Notes under the pieces: generated by a model
Told to the model about the DNA's origin: nothing
The model's input: the letters and a program-made list of their open reading frames with translations, nothing else
Databases searched by the model: none
Shown: in pieces, positions 38,335-50,828 of the stretch
How the letters are laid out: every line of letters begins with the position of its first letter
Numbering within the stretch: position 1 is the stretch's first letter
Source: Octopus sinensis
Taxonomy: Eukaryota
Direction of reading: 5' to 3'
NCBI RefSeq assembly: GCF_006345805.1
Contig: NC_043008.1
Location: forward strand, 3,100,001 to 3,164,000
Length of the DNA: 64,000 nucleotides
Program-made: the position numbers and the translations under genes

Positions 38335-39215
38335 ACTAGCTGATGTGTCTCGTAATACACGGGGTCGGAGATATCACCAGTACTTATTACAATGCTTAAA
38401 TTCTCTCAGAAAAAAAAATGAAATCAAGGCATAGGATAATAGAAGGTGTAAGCAGACTCAATCACGAAACAATAGTGCAAATAAAACTTGTGGAGTCGGA
38501 AAGAAACTATCGTGTGGTCAGATTAGTGGAAAGCTGCAAGTATTTATCCAATGGAAACATGAAGAAGGGAATTGTAAAGGGGAAAAAAACAATATAAATG
38601 CTTGAAATGTAAATAAACTATTATTTAGAGAAAAGTCACTTAATTTGACGACGGTGCTTCCTGAGTATAGTCCCAGTGATCGTAAGAATGAAATATCTAT
38701 TGCAACGGTTAAAACCGACAATTTTAAGTACAGGTGTTAAGAAATTCCATGTTACAGAAACCTAAGAATGCTGCAATAATTAATGAACGTTCTCACCCCA
38801 GAAGAATTCAAGCCAAATTTTGTTAATCAGTTAATCAAAAATCATCTCACGCTTTGCTTGAGTAAACTGGGTAAAACTTTATTCGTTTCAACTCACTATT
38901 AGCCTATATTCCATGTATGTATAAAATGTCAAGAAAATCGGTTGAAAACTTTAAATGTTATGGCAGAAAATAAAATTCATATGAGAATTTGCATTGAAAT
39001 GTCCTATTGATTTTTGAAAATCGATGCTGATTAAAAATTTCGTAAGTGACCGCATGGGCATGATCCCCACACACGTGTCAAGTTTCATGAATTTCGGTTG
39101 GATAGTCTCGAAGGAGTTAAAGTAACAAATTCACACACACACACTCACACACACACACACACACACGCACACACACACATACATACACAGACTCAATGAT
39201 TAATTATATTAACAT
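38335..39215 (+). mobile_element. Helitron/Helentron-like non-autonomous element (DINE-1/HINE-like)
   Basis: Begins t|actagc followed by a subterminal hairpin-like ctcgtaatacacggg. The 3' block gtcaagtttcatgaatttcggtt..agtctcgaaggagtt is followed by (CA)n and an AT-rich end. Family assignment is from pattern recognition only. Confidence 0.55.
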
Positions 39216-40881
39216 ATTGAATAGGCATAACTTTATCATTTATTGGTAAGACACAAAATATCTCTTCATGTCATTGTTATTTCAATAATACTTATATACA
39301 GTCAATAAACATCGTTGCCAATCAATATTAGCAGAACATGTCTGATAGGAGAGCACTTTTGTAGCCATTCACTTGAGCCAGTTTGCTGTTCTTTAAGTTG
39401 ATCAATGACATTTTTCATGTAAATTTGCCAAGAACTTTGATATTTTCTTAGCACTAGTGTTTTTACCACTCATAAACTAACTTATCCTCTTCAACGAGCT
39501 CTGACTAGTCGGCTTGGCTTTTCTACTTGTGGTTTTTCACACAGGTTGTATATTGTGTCGTCCAAGCCACATTGCTATGTTCTTCTTTATGTCATTTCAT
39601 ATTTGTTTTTATCACAAACTATTTATTGTTTTTACTATCTCGGATCTTGTGCTCAGACTTTCTCTCTTAACACGTAGTCCTATCGGAAATGTATGGATCT
39701 GTGAATCATATCTGCTCCATAACTGAAAGTTGATAGCTTCGATTTATGGCTCTGGCATCACAGTTTCTGTGAACGCAAGCATCATTGAAGCGGACCCCGT
39801 AAAACAGGCGGATAATACTCAAACCAATTTTCAATATTGTATGCAACATGGAATTAAAATATTTAAAGCATGTTTGCCGAAAAAACAGCCATGCTTCGTA
39901 ATATCACGATCATGGCAACAAAGAAGTACATCACTTGAGTGTTATATAGACTGCCGTGGATCATTCATTCTGGCTATCTCTGCCCTGACATCAAATTCCA
40001 CTGCCATTAAGATTTACTTATTCGGGGTCGAATACAATCATGTTTAAAATCACCGCAAAATGGAATAGCTGGTAGACCGCTAAAATTGGAAAATGAAGAT
40101 GTAATGATAACGAAAAGAGTAAAATGTATAACAAAACTCACGTTCCAGGCGACTTTCAGACAAAAATCTCAAGATGACAAATTAAAATGTATTTATGCTC
40201 AATATAAAAAAATAAGATGAACAAACGTTGCATTCTTTGACTGTGCCAAGTCGTAGTACAATACCAGCATAACTGTTAGGAAGAAATAATAACTTCAGAT
40301 GAAAAGCTATTATCCATCGGTGAAAACACGAATGGAAGAAGATAGAAAATATCTCAAAGAGAGAAGACTTATTATAAATAAACAAACATCGGGTGAGAAA
40401 AAGCAATTTCTTCAGCAGAACAATGATACCCCCCACCGAGTTAATAATGAAGAAATAAAACGGATGCACAAGAAAAATATTCAACGATCATCAAAAGTCA
40501 GAAACAGTACATACCGAAAAAAATTCTGCGTCTATGGTGCCACGAACTCTTTTGATGAACTCAGAATAAAGCAAAAGCATTTAGGTTCGGAATAAAACTT
40601 GCTAAAAAATATTAAAACTAATATATTAAACCTAACTGTAAAGTCAACAACCTAAAAGCACTAATATTTCTCAACAGCTACCGTCGTAAAAGATGCTTAC
40701 TAATACGTCTGGTTGCAGCCGTGGACAGTTTGAGAAACGATTAAATGGTGTTATGGTCGGTTCAAATTCAACCTATCCATTAATTCCCCCTGTATTTTAC
40801 TTTCTATTCATTGGCTTCTCGAATTATTTCTGTTCTGTTTATTCTTTTGCGTGTAAGATGCTTGTAGGTTTGCATGTGCAA

Positions 40882-40937
<56 letters not shown>

Positions 40938-41000
40938 GGAGAGAGAAGGTCAGTGAGGGAGAGATGGATGGATGGACGAACAGGCAGACAGACAGCTAGA

Positions 41001-41053
<53 letters not shown>

Positions 41054-41320
41054 TAAGAAAAGAGGAAAACCTTTGTTGCAGCGTACCTAATTAGTGTTCA
41101 ATATGAGCAAAGTATAACAAAAATGAAAGTGCATGACAGATTTTCGTAGGTCAAATTCCTTTAACATTGGAATACGAAGTACATAAACAAAGTAATCGAG
41201 ATGTTAGGTTTAAAACATAACATCTCGTTGAAATTTTTATGAAGTTTGTATGTTTGCATTCCAATGATAAATGAGCTTGGCCTACTAAAATCTGTCATCC
41301 ACTCTGATTTTTGTTATATG

Positions 41321-41376
<56 letters not shown>

Positions 41377-41416
41377 ATATTTCGGAATGGTCATATTGCA
41401 CAACAAATATTTAAAC

Positions 41417-41454
<38 letters not shown>

Positions 41455-42130
41455 ATATATATATATATTTATGTATATATATATGTATGTATGTATGTAT
41501 GTAGTATGTATGTATGTATGTATGTATAGAGAGAGAGAGAAAGAGAGAGAGACAGACAGACTAATAGATAGGTATGTAGGTAGGTACGTACGTATGTTTG
41601 TATGTATATATGTATGTACACATAAATTGGTACTAAAGAAACTTTACATCGAAAGTTAGGAGTAAAAGACCAGCGTCGTGTATAATCATTAAAGCTGAAT
41701 GTTATTATCAATATAGATTACCGGAACAGCTACAGGCGTGTTAGGTTCCGTAATCCATATTTAGATATGGATTTTGAAATCTAAGGCAACAGTAACTGTG
41801 CAGGTAGAAAATATTAATAATGACGGTAAATTCCGTCGATTTCGACGTATGAATGATTGAAAGGAAGGGTTAAATGTTTTAGAAGTCTTAAAATATGAAG
41901 CTGCACGTATTTGCCTTGGATGCGTGAATGTAATTTGGGTCGCGGTGTAAGCTTTGACTTGGAGTTACAATGCGGGGATTTCATTTTGCCAGGAATCAGA
42001 CATATATGTCCGTTGAGTAAAGGATAAAATTCAAATTGGTAAAGATCGAGACGGTATTCCTAAAGAAAAGTGTACAAACATGGCTGTAGATAGTTTGTAA
42101 GAAACTTGCGGAAATTGATTTTTGTTTCAG

Positions 42131-42180
42131 CTGGGAAACTGGATCTGTACCCCCCAAATGTTCAACGATGCTTCAATAAG
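42131..42180 (+). CDS. Candidate 50-nt exon (GKLDLYPPNVQRCFNK, or LGNWICTPQMFNDASI)
   Basis: Acceptor gatttttgtttcag| and donor aag|gtactt; two frames are open. Confidence 0.33.
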
Positions 42181-43129
42181 GTACTTCTAGAAAAACAAGA
42201 AGAATGTTTATGTCAGAAATACAGAGATATAATGTTGTTGTGCTTAGCTGGAAGTGAAATGCACATAGTAATTAACGTGTTGCCTGTGGATTTCTGAAAC
42301 ATGCAGACTAAATTAGCAAAGAAACCAAGATTGTATTTAATATGAAAATGGCTGAAGCGGTGATGATAATTGTGGCGGCTGTGAAACCGTTGACAACAAA
42401 TAAGACGCGATTCTGACGTTGAAGATGATAACGAGATTGTCACTTTCATGACGATGGAGTGAAATGTAAGTGAAGGCTATGGAGTTGGCATTGCTTGTGA
42501 TGTAGTTGTAGTGGTAATCAAGTTATGGCTTGTGGCGGTGTTAACATTGTTCATGCTGGAGTGAAAGCGACTGGTAAATTCAATGAAGAGAAAAATATTT
42601 CTTCCAAAATAACTCCTGGGAAAATGTGATACAACATGTATTTAGAAAGAAGATTGATGAATAGCATCCTGGAAGAAATATTCTTTGCAAAAAAGATAAA
42701 CTGATGGCCAAGGAAAACTGTTCAAAATCAAATGTAATAGTAGAGAATGTAAGGAGACATCTTGTTATCTAAATGAAGAATTGGTCTTCAGAGAAAAGAA
42801 AGTTCCTATATGTTTTAGAATATTCCTATGTCTTTTAATATTCATTAGTTTCTTTTCGTAATTTAGCTAAACGAAAGATTAAAATAAGATTTTACTTACA
42901 ATCTAATATAATTCTTTAAGTTTAAAATTAATTGAAATAAATTAATTATACACTATTTTAGAACTAATTAGAATCGTTTGTTACATGATATTGATTTTTA
43001 TATTCCATTTGAAAAGATGAAATAAAAAACAATAACATGAATAAAATTCGTATTTAGATATGTACGTTACATTCTTAATTCAATAAACAACTTTCGATAA
43101 ATATTCCTTTGATTATTTGTTTTTCATTT

Positions 43130-43147
43130 TGTTGTTGTTGTTGTTGT

Positions 43148-43188
<41 letters not shown>

Positions 43189-43250
43189 GTGGTGATGGCG
43201 GTGGTGATGGTGGTGGTGGCGGCGGCGGTGCTGTTGTTGTTGTTTTCGGA
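43130..43250. repeat. Compound (GTT)(GAT)(GGT)(GGC) trinucleotide array
   Basis: Visible directly. It explains the poly-H/Q ORF. Confidence 0.95.
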
Positions 43251-43817
43251 AGATAAAGAATGACATTTTATTATTTTGATGATGACCCGGTAGTCTTCAC
43301 AGAATCTTTGAATCTGATCCAAGAAACGAACGGAGCCAGAAGCAATGGCGGTTGGAATGAGCGAAACTAGTCAAACATGAAAATAACATTTGGTAAACTG
43401 ATTGAGGAGCAAAACCAAGGGAAGCAATAAAACGATCGAACACATAATTACATTTGTCCATTTGGGAAGTGAAATACTTTATAAAAGGTTTGGTATTGAC
43501 AAGATCAAACATTGGTAAGGCTAATTGAAAGTGGTCGTCTTTACTGACAGTGCTTGTGTAACAACATATATACATCAGCATACAACAACAGTGTCCTATG
43601 TAAAGATTATTTTAAAATTGGGATAGAAATAGTTGCATGTATGGAAGATGTGTTATGTTAAATTCGGCTTCAATAGATGGATGGAATAGATTAGAAAAAA
43701 GAACGAAGTCGAAGAATTACCAACGCAGCAGCGGCGAATAAAAGAATATTGGCCGCCCTCCTGATGGATTTGTAAACGTATACAGTATTCAGTCTCATTT
43801 ATTCAGTGCCTTGGTCA

Positions 43818-43872
<55 letters not shown>

Positions 43873-43964
43873 GTGTGTATTTATATGTATGTATATATGT
43901 ATGTATGTATATGTATTTATGTATGTATGTATGCATGTATGTATGCATGTATGTATGTATGTAT

Positions 43965-44168
43965 TAGACAAAAAGATATAACAAAGCCAAGGCTGTGAGG
44001 AGTTTTCCGGATATTTATAAGGAAAGAGATACAGTTTTACAGCTGTTTCTGGGATATTATGGATATCCCTTCTTCAGAGACGATGTGAGATACTTAAATA
44101 GAGGTAAATGTTTGAGTTACTTAGCGTTACCTTCCACACATTGGGTCATCTAGATACCAATGCCTTAT
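43965..44168 (-). mobile_element. Short non-coding hammerhead-bearing element between (TATG)n and (CATA)n
   Basis: About 200 bp of unique sequence bracketed by oppositely oriented tetranucleotide arrays; contains the motif at 44034-44081. Confidence 0.65.
44034..44081 (-). ncRNA. Type I hammerhead ribozyme motif
   Basis: GTCT CTGAAGA A GGGATAT CCATA ATATCCC A GAAA C AGCT GT A AAAC. Stem II is 7 bp, stem III is the palindrome ACAGCTGT, the cleavage triplet is GUA, and stem I pairs at 3 of 4 positions. Confidence 0.7.
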
Positions 44169-44212
44169 ACATACATACATACATACATACATACACACAC
44201 ATACATACACAC

Positions 44213-44259
<47 letters not shown>

Positions 44260-44341
44260 GGTCCCGGGTTGATTCGGGGTTAACCACAGTAAATAAGGTA
44301 CTCAATACATAGCAGAGTAAAATTAATTTATTATATAGAAG

Positions 44342-44394
44342 GAGCTTCTACAGGACTAGAACTGTTTCATTCAAGAGAAATCTTCAGGAAGCTC
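44342..44394 (-). ncRNA. Type I hammerhead ribozyme motif (left arm)
   Basis: GAGCTTC CTGAAGA T TTC TCTT GAA T GAAA CAG TTCTAGTC CTGT A GAAGCTC. Confidence 0.7.
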
Positions 44395-44396
44395 AA

Positions 44397-44449
44397 GAGC
44401 TTCCTGAAGATTCCTCTTGAATGAAACAGTTCTAGTCCTGTAGAAGCTC
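44397..44449 (+). ncRNA. Type I hammerhead ribozyme motif (right arm); predicted cleavage after A44442
   Basis: Stem I GAGCTTC/GAAGCTC (7 bp), core CTGAAGA at 44404-44410, stem II TTC/GAA, GAAA at 44423-44426, stem III ACAG/CTGT, triplet GUA. Confidence 0.72.
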
Positions 44450-44594
44450 CTTCTATATAATAAATATATATATATATATATATATACACGTAAGTATACA
44501 TGCACACACACATATATTATACATTATATATGCGATAGTTTGTGGTAAGGTCGATTTTTATAAACATATAAATGATGATAATAATATTTCATAG

Positions 44595-45015
44595 GGTTAA
44601 AGCGATCACCGTGCAATGACTAAACTAAATGGTCTAATATTGGGGCATATAAGCCCTGGAGGGGAAAATGCTGGGTTTTCGTACACGAGGGACTGGAAAA
44701 CAACGAGCTATTGGTTCCAGAAACTACGTCGGTTATGAAGACGAAAGTTCTAGTTGATCAGACCAACAGAACAGCCTGCACGTGCAAATAACGTGCAAGT
44801 GGCTGAGTGTTTCACAGACAGGTGTACCCTTAACGTAGTTCTCAGGGATATTCAGTATAACACTGAAGGGGAGAAGACTGTCCCTTTGCATTGAATGTAC
44901 TGTTTGTTTTTGTCTGCTGAGGGAAATAAAGTGTTTCGCTCAAGAACACAACGCGCCGCCAGGAATCGAACACGCAACCATACGATCGTGATCTGCAAAT
45001 CCTAACCACTAAGCA
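44595..45015 (-). mobile_element. tRNA-derived SINE, family 2-related
   Basis: tRNA-like head on the minus strand (cttagtggttagg...gatcgtatggttgcgtgttcgattcctggcggcgcgttgtgttcttgagc). Body aacagcctgc..aacgtgcaagtggctgag..gtacccttaacgtagttctc. Confidence 0.75.
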
Positions 45016-46667
45016 AAGAGAGATTAAGTTTACTGAAACACATCTAAAATACTTAATGATGGTCATCTTAGGACTCGCGTACCACACTAATTCGATATTC
45101 ATGCGAAAAACATAAATCATCCATTAATCTGCCTAATTGTGTGTGTATGTGTTTTTGTGTGGATGTGTTTGGATGTGTGTGCGTATGTGAATGGCCATGT
45201 ATGTGTGTATAAACTCGGTAAGGTAACTTGCATTTCAACGTAATTACAACTTCAATAGTTTTATAAATAAGTAATAAAATAAACGTAATAGGTGTAACGA
45301 GGTTTTTACAGTCAATCGATGGACACCTTAGTTAATACAATTGAAGACTCTGCGTAGAACTGAACTCGGATGTTACGAGAATATATTTGATCATAAACCT
45401 GTCTACACAGGACTCGTCTCGGATAACAAAACCTGACGTAACTGAGTCTTTATAATGATAATTGTTTTCTGACTTTAAACATTGTAGATTAATTTAAGAT
45501 AAATTAGATTATTCTGCATTTGACTAAAACATAACGTTACGTTTACATTTAAAGACGTAAGTGGCATTAGATGTGGAATCTTTTATTAACGAATATTATT
45601 GCTCTATTTCTACGTTAGATTACAATATGTAAAAAGTTGTGTGAATATAGCAGGTATACTAATACGTAGTGGACACAGTTGTAGCTTGGATAGCTGTGCT
45701 TTAAGTCATTCCCTGCGCTTGTCTTAGTAAGGGTAAACTGTTCACGTGATCGATGTACCCCACTATCGAATGCTTAAAGACAAAAGAGAAAAAAAAGCAC
45801 GGGTCTGGAGAAGACGATAATTATGTGTTTGGCAGCAGTGATTTTGTAACCAGGTTTGTAAAGTGGTATCGAGATCGAGTAAATGTAGCTCAGCAAGACT
45901 TTTAAGCTATACAGCACACCAATAACGAAAATATATTATTATATTTCTTATAACTTTCTTAAATGCTTTGCTATCTCCTTTCTTGGTGAAAATGTTCAAG
46001 CGGGAAGTAGCTTGAAGCTATAATCATTGCCATTGTCTCAAAATATTATTTTGGTCATACATCATGAACAGGAACATAAGATAAAAAGAAACATCAAAAA
46101 AATGAGAAGAAAAAATTTTAAATACTTAATATACTGTTAGTTGATCATTAATAATTATAGCTACAGAAGATGGTATTTCATCAAAGAAATTAGTAATTTC
46201 ACTTCAACTTTACAGTGAGTTCTAAAGAATTCTATTGTGAAATATTTCGTTTCGTAGACGAGGAAGATAACGATGACACTGACAATGGTAATGATATTAG
46301 AGAGATCAACGAATTGCAAATTTATTTACGATTACTTTGTACAGCCCCAAAGCGAAGCAGGCCAGAAACGCTATTGTAAGATGAGAGCAGCTGTTGTGTT
46401 CCAATCCCTTAGTCACACAGGTCACCAGGAAATTCAAGCATGGGAACACACGCATTTTCTGCGTCTACAGTTTATACACATACACATATACTCACACACA
46501 TTCATGATGTTATATAATCCAATATAAATTTCAATACATTATGTAAACTTCGAAGGAAAATAGCGATAACAATTAGGGAACCATAAATTTGAATATCAAG
46601 GGGTGTTTTGCATTTCGTCTGTCATTAAATGCAGTCTATATTGCATACAGAATCCGAGCTCCCGACC

Positions 46668-46959
46668 CCATTCTTTTAATTGTTTCAGTCATTAGACCGT
46701 CGCCATGCTGGAGCACCGCCTCTTTAGTCAAAGAAGTTGACCTCTGGACTTATTCTTAGTAAACCTGATACATATTCAATCGATCTCTCTTGCCGAACCT
46801 CTGATTACAGGGACGTAAACACAACAATTTTGGCTGTCAGTGGATAGTGGAGGGACAAACATAGACACTAACACACAAATATATACACATCTATCTATCT
46901 ATCTTTATATATGTATATATATACACACATCTATCTATCAATCTATCTATATATCTATC

Positions 46960-47045
<86 letters not shown>

Positions 47046-47262
47046 ATATTATATAAAAGGGCTTAGTAAAATAAATTACTTTGCCGCATACTGAACTCAG
47101 TATGCGGCAAAGTATACTGAACTCAGTATGCGGCAAAGTAATTTATTTTACTAAGCCCTTTTATATAATGTAATAATTTGAATTCGCCTTGAATGGTCCC
47201 TTTGCATACTGAACACTTGGTGAAATTGATTAATAATTAATTAATTTTGCCCTCAATTGTTG

Positions 47263-47294
<32 letters not shown>

Positions 47295-47450
47295 CGACGG
47301 GCTTTTCAATTCCCGTCTACAAAATCCCTTTACAAGGTTTTGGTCGACCCGTGGCTATAATAGAAGTCACTTGCCTAAGATGACGCGCAGTCGGACTGAA
47401 CCTGGAACCTCGTGGTTGGGAAGCATGCCTTTTATCACACAGCCATGGTT
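46668..47450 (-). mobile_element. Full-length SINE family 1 copy with an expanded and interrupted central microsatellite
   Basis: 3' half at 46668-46880 and 5' half at 47293-47450 (gacgggctt..ccgtctac..ggactgaacctggaacc). (TA)n and the palindrome lie between them. Confidence 0.85.
47048..47169. repeat. Perfect 47-bp inverted repeat with a tandemly duplicated 26-bp apex
   Basis: 47048-47094 is the exact reverse complement of 47123-47169. tactgaactcagtatgcggcaaagta occurs at 47089-47114 and 47115-47140. Confidence 0.95.
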
Positions 47451-48484
47451 TTAAAATTATATTATAATTTACACGGTTCAGGGGGTATCAGTGATATACG
47501 GTGCCAGTTAGTGGTATAGGTTTCCGTTTAACGTACAATTTCAGTATAGCATAGATTAAGTTTTATTGCAGACACCTTCTCCAAGCTCGATAGACTTCCC
47601 ATAAATATACACCAAACATTACAGAAATCACACTCCAGCACTTGAAGTATGAAGAACACTTTGAATAGAGGCATTTTAGTTACTCGACAGAGAAGAGCAT
47701 TGCTTACGCAATCGAAGCTGAATAGATGCTAAATAGCAAAAACAAGACGTGCTATATTCTAGATGAACTGTGTGTGTTCTACTAGGAAAAGAACCAACAA
47801 TTACATCCTAGCCTCTTTAAAATGGGCCATGATACTTTCAATAAGGCAAGTTTATATATATTCCATCTGAACGAAGAACGAAGGGAAGTGATTACGAGTA
47901 ACTGAATATCATTGTCATTAGTTAGCTTTGAAACATAACCTAAGAATTTGGAGCTACCTTCTTTGGAGCTAACTTTTTCATTCGGCTAAGTATAATCTTA
48001 ATCGTGGAATATTCTGGTAACGAAACAGTATTTGGTAATACGCCAGGCTTCATTTAACGTGTGATTTGTATGTACACAACTCCAAGTTCTATTTCCTTGG
48101 TATCATTATTACTTTGCATATTTGACCAAATAAATTATGTTATATCTGTTCGAAATGGCATGTCATAAAATCCGTCTCTGATGTTTTCGTTACGTCCTCT
48201 TCAGCTTGTGGTATTTTGTCATAACTCTTTTTTTCCTTATGTCTTTAAATGTTTTATTTCTGTTTTCTCTTTTGAAAATCACACCATTAATATGTCAATA
48301 GGTTGCATTGATCGTAAGAAATAGAGAATAATATCAAGCGATAATATCGAACTTCAAAACCGATAACTGCTAAAACAAGCATTATATTCAACCATATGAA
48401 TAGCAAAAACATATTTCTACGTTTATTGAGAGGAATGGCTCTGTTACCTATTAACGAATGGTATGTCCATTATATCTCCTTATA

Positions 48485-48690
48485 TCGGTTTCAAGCTGCC
48501 ACAAGGCCAGCAATTTTACGGGAAATGGTAAGTCAATAACATCGACCCCAGTGTTCAACTGGTACTTATCTTACCGTCCTCGAAAGGAAAAAAGGCAAAG
48601 CTGACCTCGGCAGAATTCGAACTCTGAACGTAACGACAAATGCCACTAAGCATTTTGACTGGTGACCTAACGATTCTACCACCTGTCGCT
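48485..48690 (-). mobile_element. SINE family 3
   Basis: atcgaccccagtg..ctggtactta...aaaggcaaagctgacctcggcagaattcgaactc. Confidence 0.8.
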
Positions 48691-49380
48691 TTCTTTTCTC
48701 CCCTCATATTACATACAGATACGTTTTGCAAAGCGGACGAATGGCAGACACACTTTAGCGTTTCGAAATACTTGGCTTTCGAAATTGTTTCGATGTCACA
48801 GCGTTCTGATAATAAATACTATAAATATTATATCTATAATCATTAATACCTCCAGGCTTGATAAACTAAAAGCCTTCCAATTTCTGAGGGTGAATTAATC
48901 AACGTATCATCGCTTCACAAGTTCCTGACATTGTGCCAGTATGAGGAACAATTGCTTGTTTCCTAAATTTTAAGAAATAATTTCTGCCAAAAATATAATG
49001 GTTCACGAACGTATTCTTATTTCACGAATCTCCAACGTGCTGAGCTGTCTTGCACTTCACTGTATACATTTGTAGTTTTTTTTAGAAGCTTTAATTTAAT
49101 AAGTTCCGTCTATGAAAGGATTTGTCACTAAATATGTATTATCTTTTGTTGTAGATATTGTAATCTCAGTCGCATATTTAGAGATAGGAGAAGGTCTTTC
49201 TGTTTTTGTTCTTTTTTCTCTTTTTGATTGGCAAATACGAATATGGAAAATATGGCTGAATGTGAAATCTGCAGCAATCTTTAATATTCAAACTTCTCTA
49301 CCGATCCATACTTTGTCGGTTACCCCATTCGAACCCTCAGTAACCTATACACTAAATATTTCTAGAGCATGTTGTCACTA

Positions 49381-50828
49381 CAGGGTGTGGACGGTATTTG
49401 AGGATGGAATTATGGTTTAATAAAAAAACGCTTATATAATAACAGAAAAAAATAACATAAAGCTAAATTATCAATTTAATAATTTCATTTAATAAAACCA
49501 CCATAAGCATCAATAACCGCCTCGACGCTGGGTCGAAATTGTTTACAAGCTTGGATTAGGTGGTCCTTGATCATATCGGACATGACACGAACTATGGCGG
49601 CTTTCAAAGAATCTTTGGAGCTCTGGGGGTATTCATTGTCAATTTTTCTCAACAGTGCTCCATATAAAGTAGGGAAGTGGTTTGAGAGCTGGAGAATTAG
49701 GACGTCAAATATTGCATGAGATCATGCAAACTGTCGGCCATCCATTCTTGTGTCATTTGAGCCTTGTGTGATGGTGCAGAATCTTGCTTAAAGGCATGAG
49801 GCTTTCCATTGCATTCACTGTTGATCCAGGGTTTAACAATTTTATCCAGCATTCATCCTAAGGTCTTCTGGAAAAATATTGAGGCGGCATCACATGTCCT
49901 TCATTACAACAGCACCCAAAACCATGAAAATTGCAGGAAATTTTATATGCATTACTCTTGGAACCTCAGAAGGGTCTGCACATATCCATCTGTCATTTTT
50001 TCTGTTAGTCTACTGGTCGTGATCAAAGTTTTTCTCATCTGAGTAAAACCAAATCACACCTCTTCTGATAGATTGTAAAGTTTGCTTTAAAATATTTTGG
50101 GTTTGATTAAATGGTTTTCTTTTGTTGTTTTCTTACATGAATTGACCTCTCCTCATCACATAAGATTTGTATCTGATGTCTTCATGAACGAAATTTCTGA
50201 TTGTTTTTTGTTTTTTTCTGACACACGATTTTTTTCTACAATTGACCTCATTGATTTTCCTGGGTTATCTTCAATGTTTTGCTTAACTTCTTGAATAAAG
50301 TCAGATGTCTTCATAGAATCAGATCGTTTGCAATTTTGTTTTCTTTTTTATAACTCACACCGAATTTTGTGGACAAAAGTTCTTGCAACTTTCAGAAAAC
50401 GAGAAATTTCTAAATATCCATGTTTAGCCTCGAAAGGCACAATCACTGAATCCATTTTCATTTCATTAGTAATCATAGGGCCACCATTGTTATTTTCTGA
50501 AATAGAAGTTCAATAAAAATTAGTCAAATAAAATAATGAATAAAATATGCATGTGACTTGAAATACCTATTTCTTTACTACCCACAAGGAGCTACACACA
50601 GAGGGGACAAACAAGAACAGACAGACGGATTAAGTCGATTACATCTACCCCAGTGCGTAGCTGGTATTTAATTTATCGACCCCGAAAGGATGAAGCGCAA
50701 GGTTGACCACGGCGGAATTTGAACTCAGAACATAACGGCAGACGAAATATGGTTACGCATTTCGCCCGGCGTGCTAAGGATTCTGCCAGCTCGCTGCCTT
50801 ATATACCTCAAATACCGTCCGCACCTTG
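49381..50828 (-). mobile_element. Tc1/mariner transposon (maT/DD37D-like), both TIRs and TA target site retained, decayed transposase
   Basis: TA|cagggtgtggacggtatttgagg at 49379 and cctcaaataccgtccgcaccttg|TA at 50830. The minus strand translates QDSAPSHKAQMTQEWMAD..NSPAL.PL.Y with stops and frameshifts. Confidence 0.88.
50568..50798 (-). mobile_element. SINE family 3, well-preserved copy nested in the maT-like transposon
   Basis: Complete head-to-tail copy: ggcagcgagctggcagaatc...gttctgagttcaaattccgcc...tttcggggtcgataaa...gtagtaaagaaata. Confidence 0.9.

Larger units (their letters stand above)
44257..44465. mobile_element. Palindromic element in (TA)n: 69-nt unique head plus a 140-bp near-perfect palindrome
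   Basis: Arms 44326-44394 and 44397-44465 are reverse complements with one mismatch and an AA apex. Confidence 0.9.

Noticed and set aside
48150-48210. CTGAAGA...GAAA on the minus strand
   Set aside because: Stems I-III do not pair. Other isolated CTGANGA hits (near 535, 8520, 22850, 32115, 53710, 62093) were rejected for the same reason.
50600-50798. tRNA-like A/B boxes in several places
   Set aside because: They are SINE heads with repeat bodies attached; no full cloverleaf tRNA gene was found.
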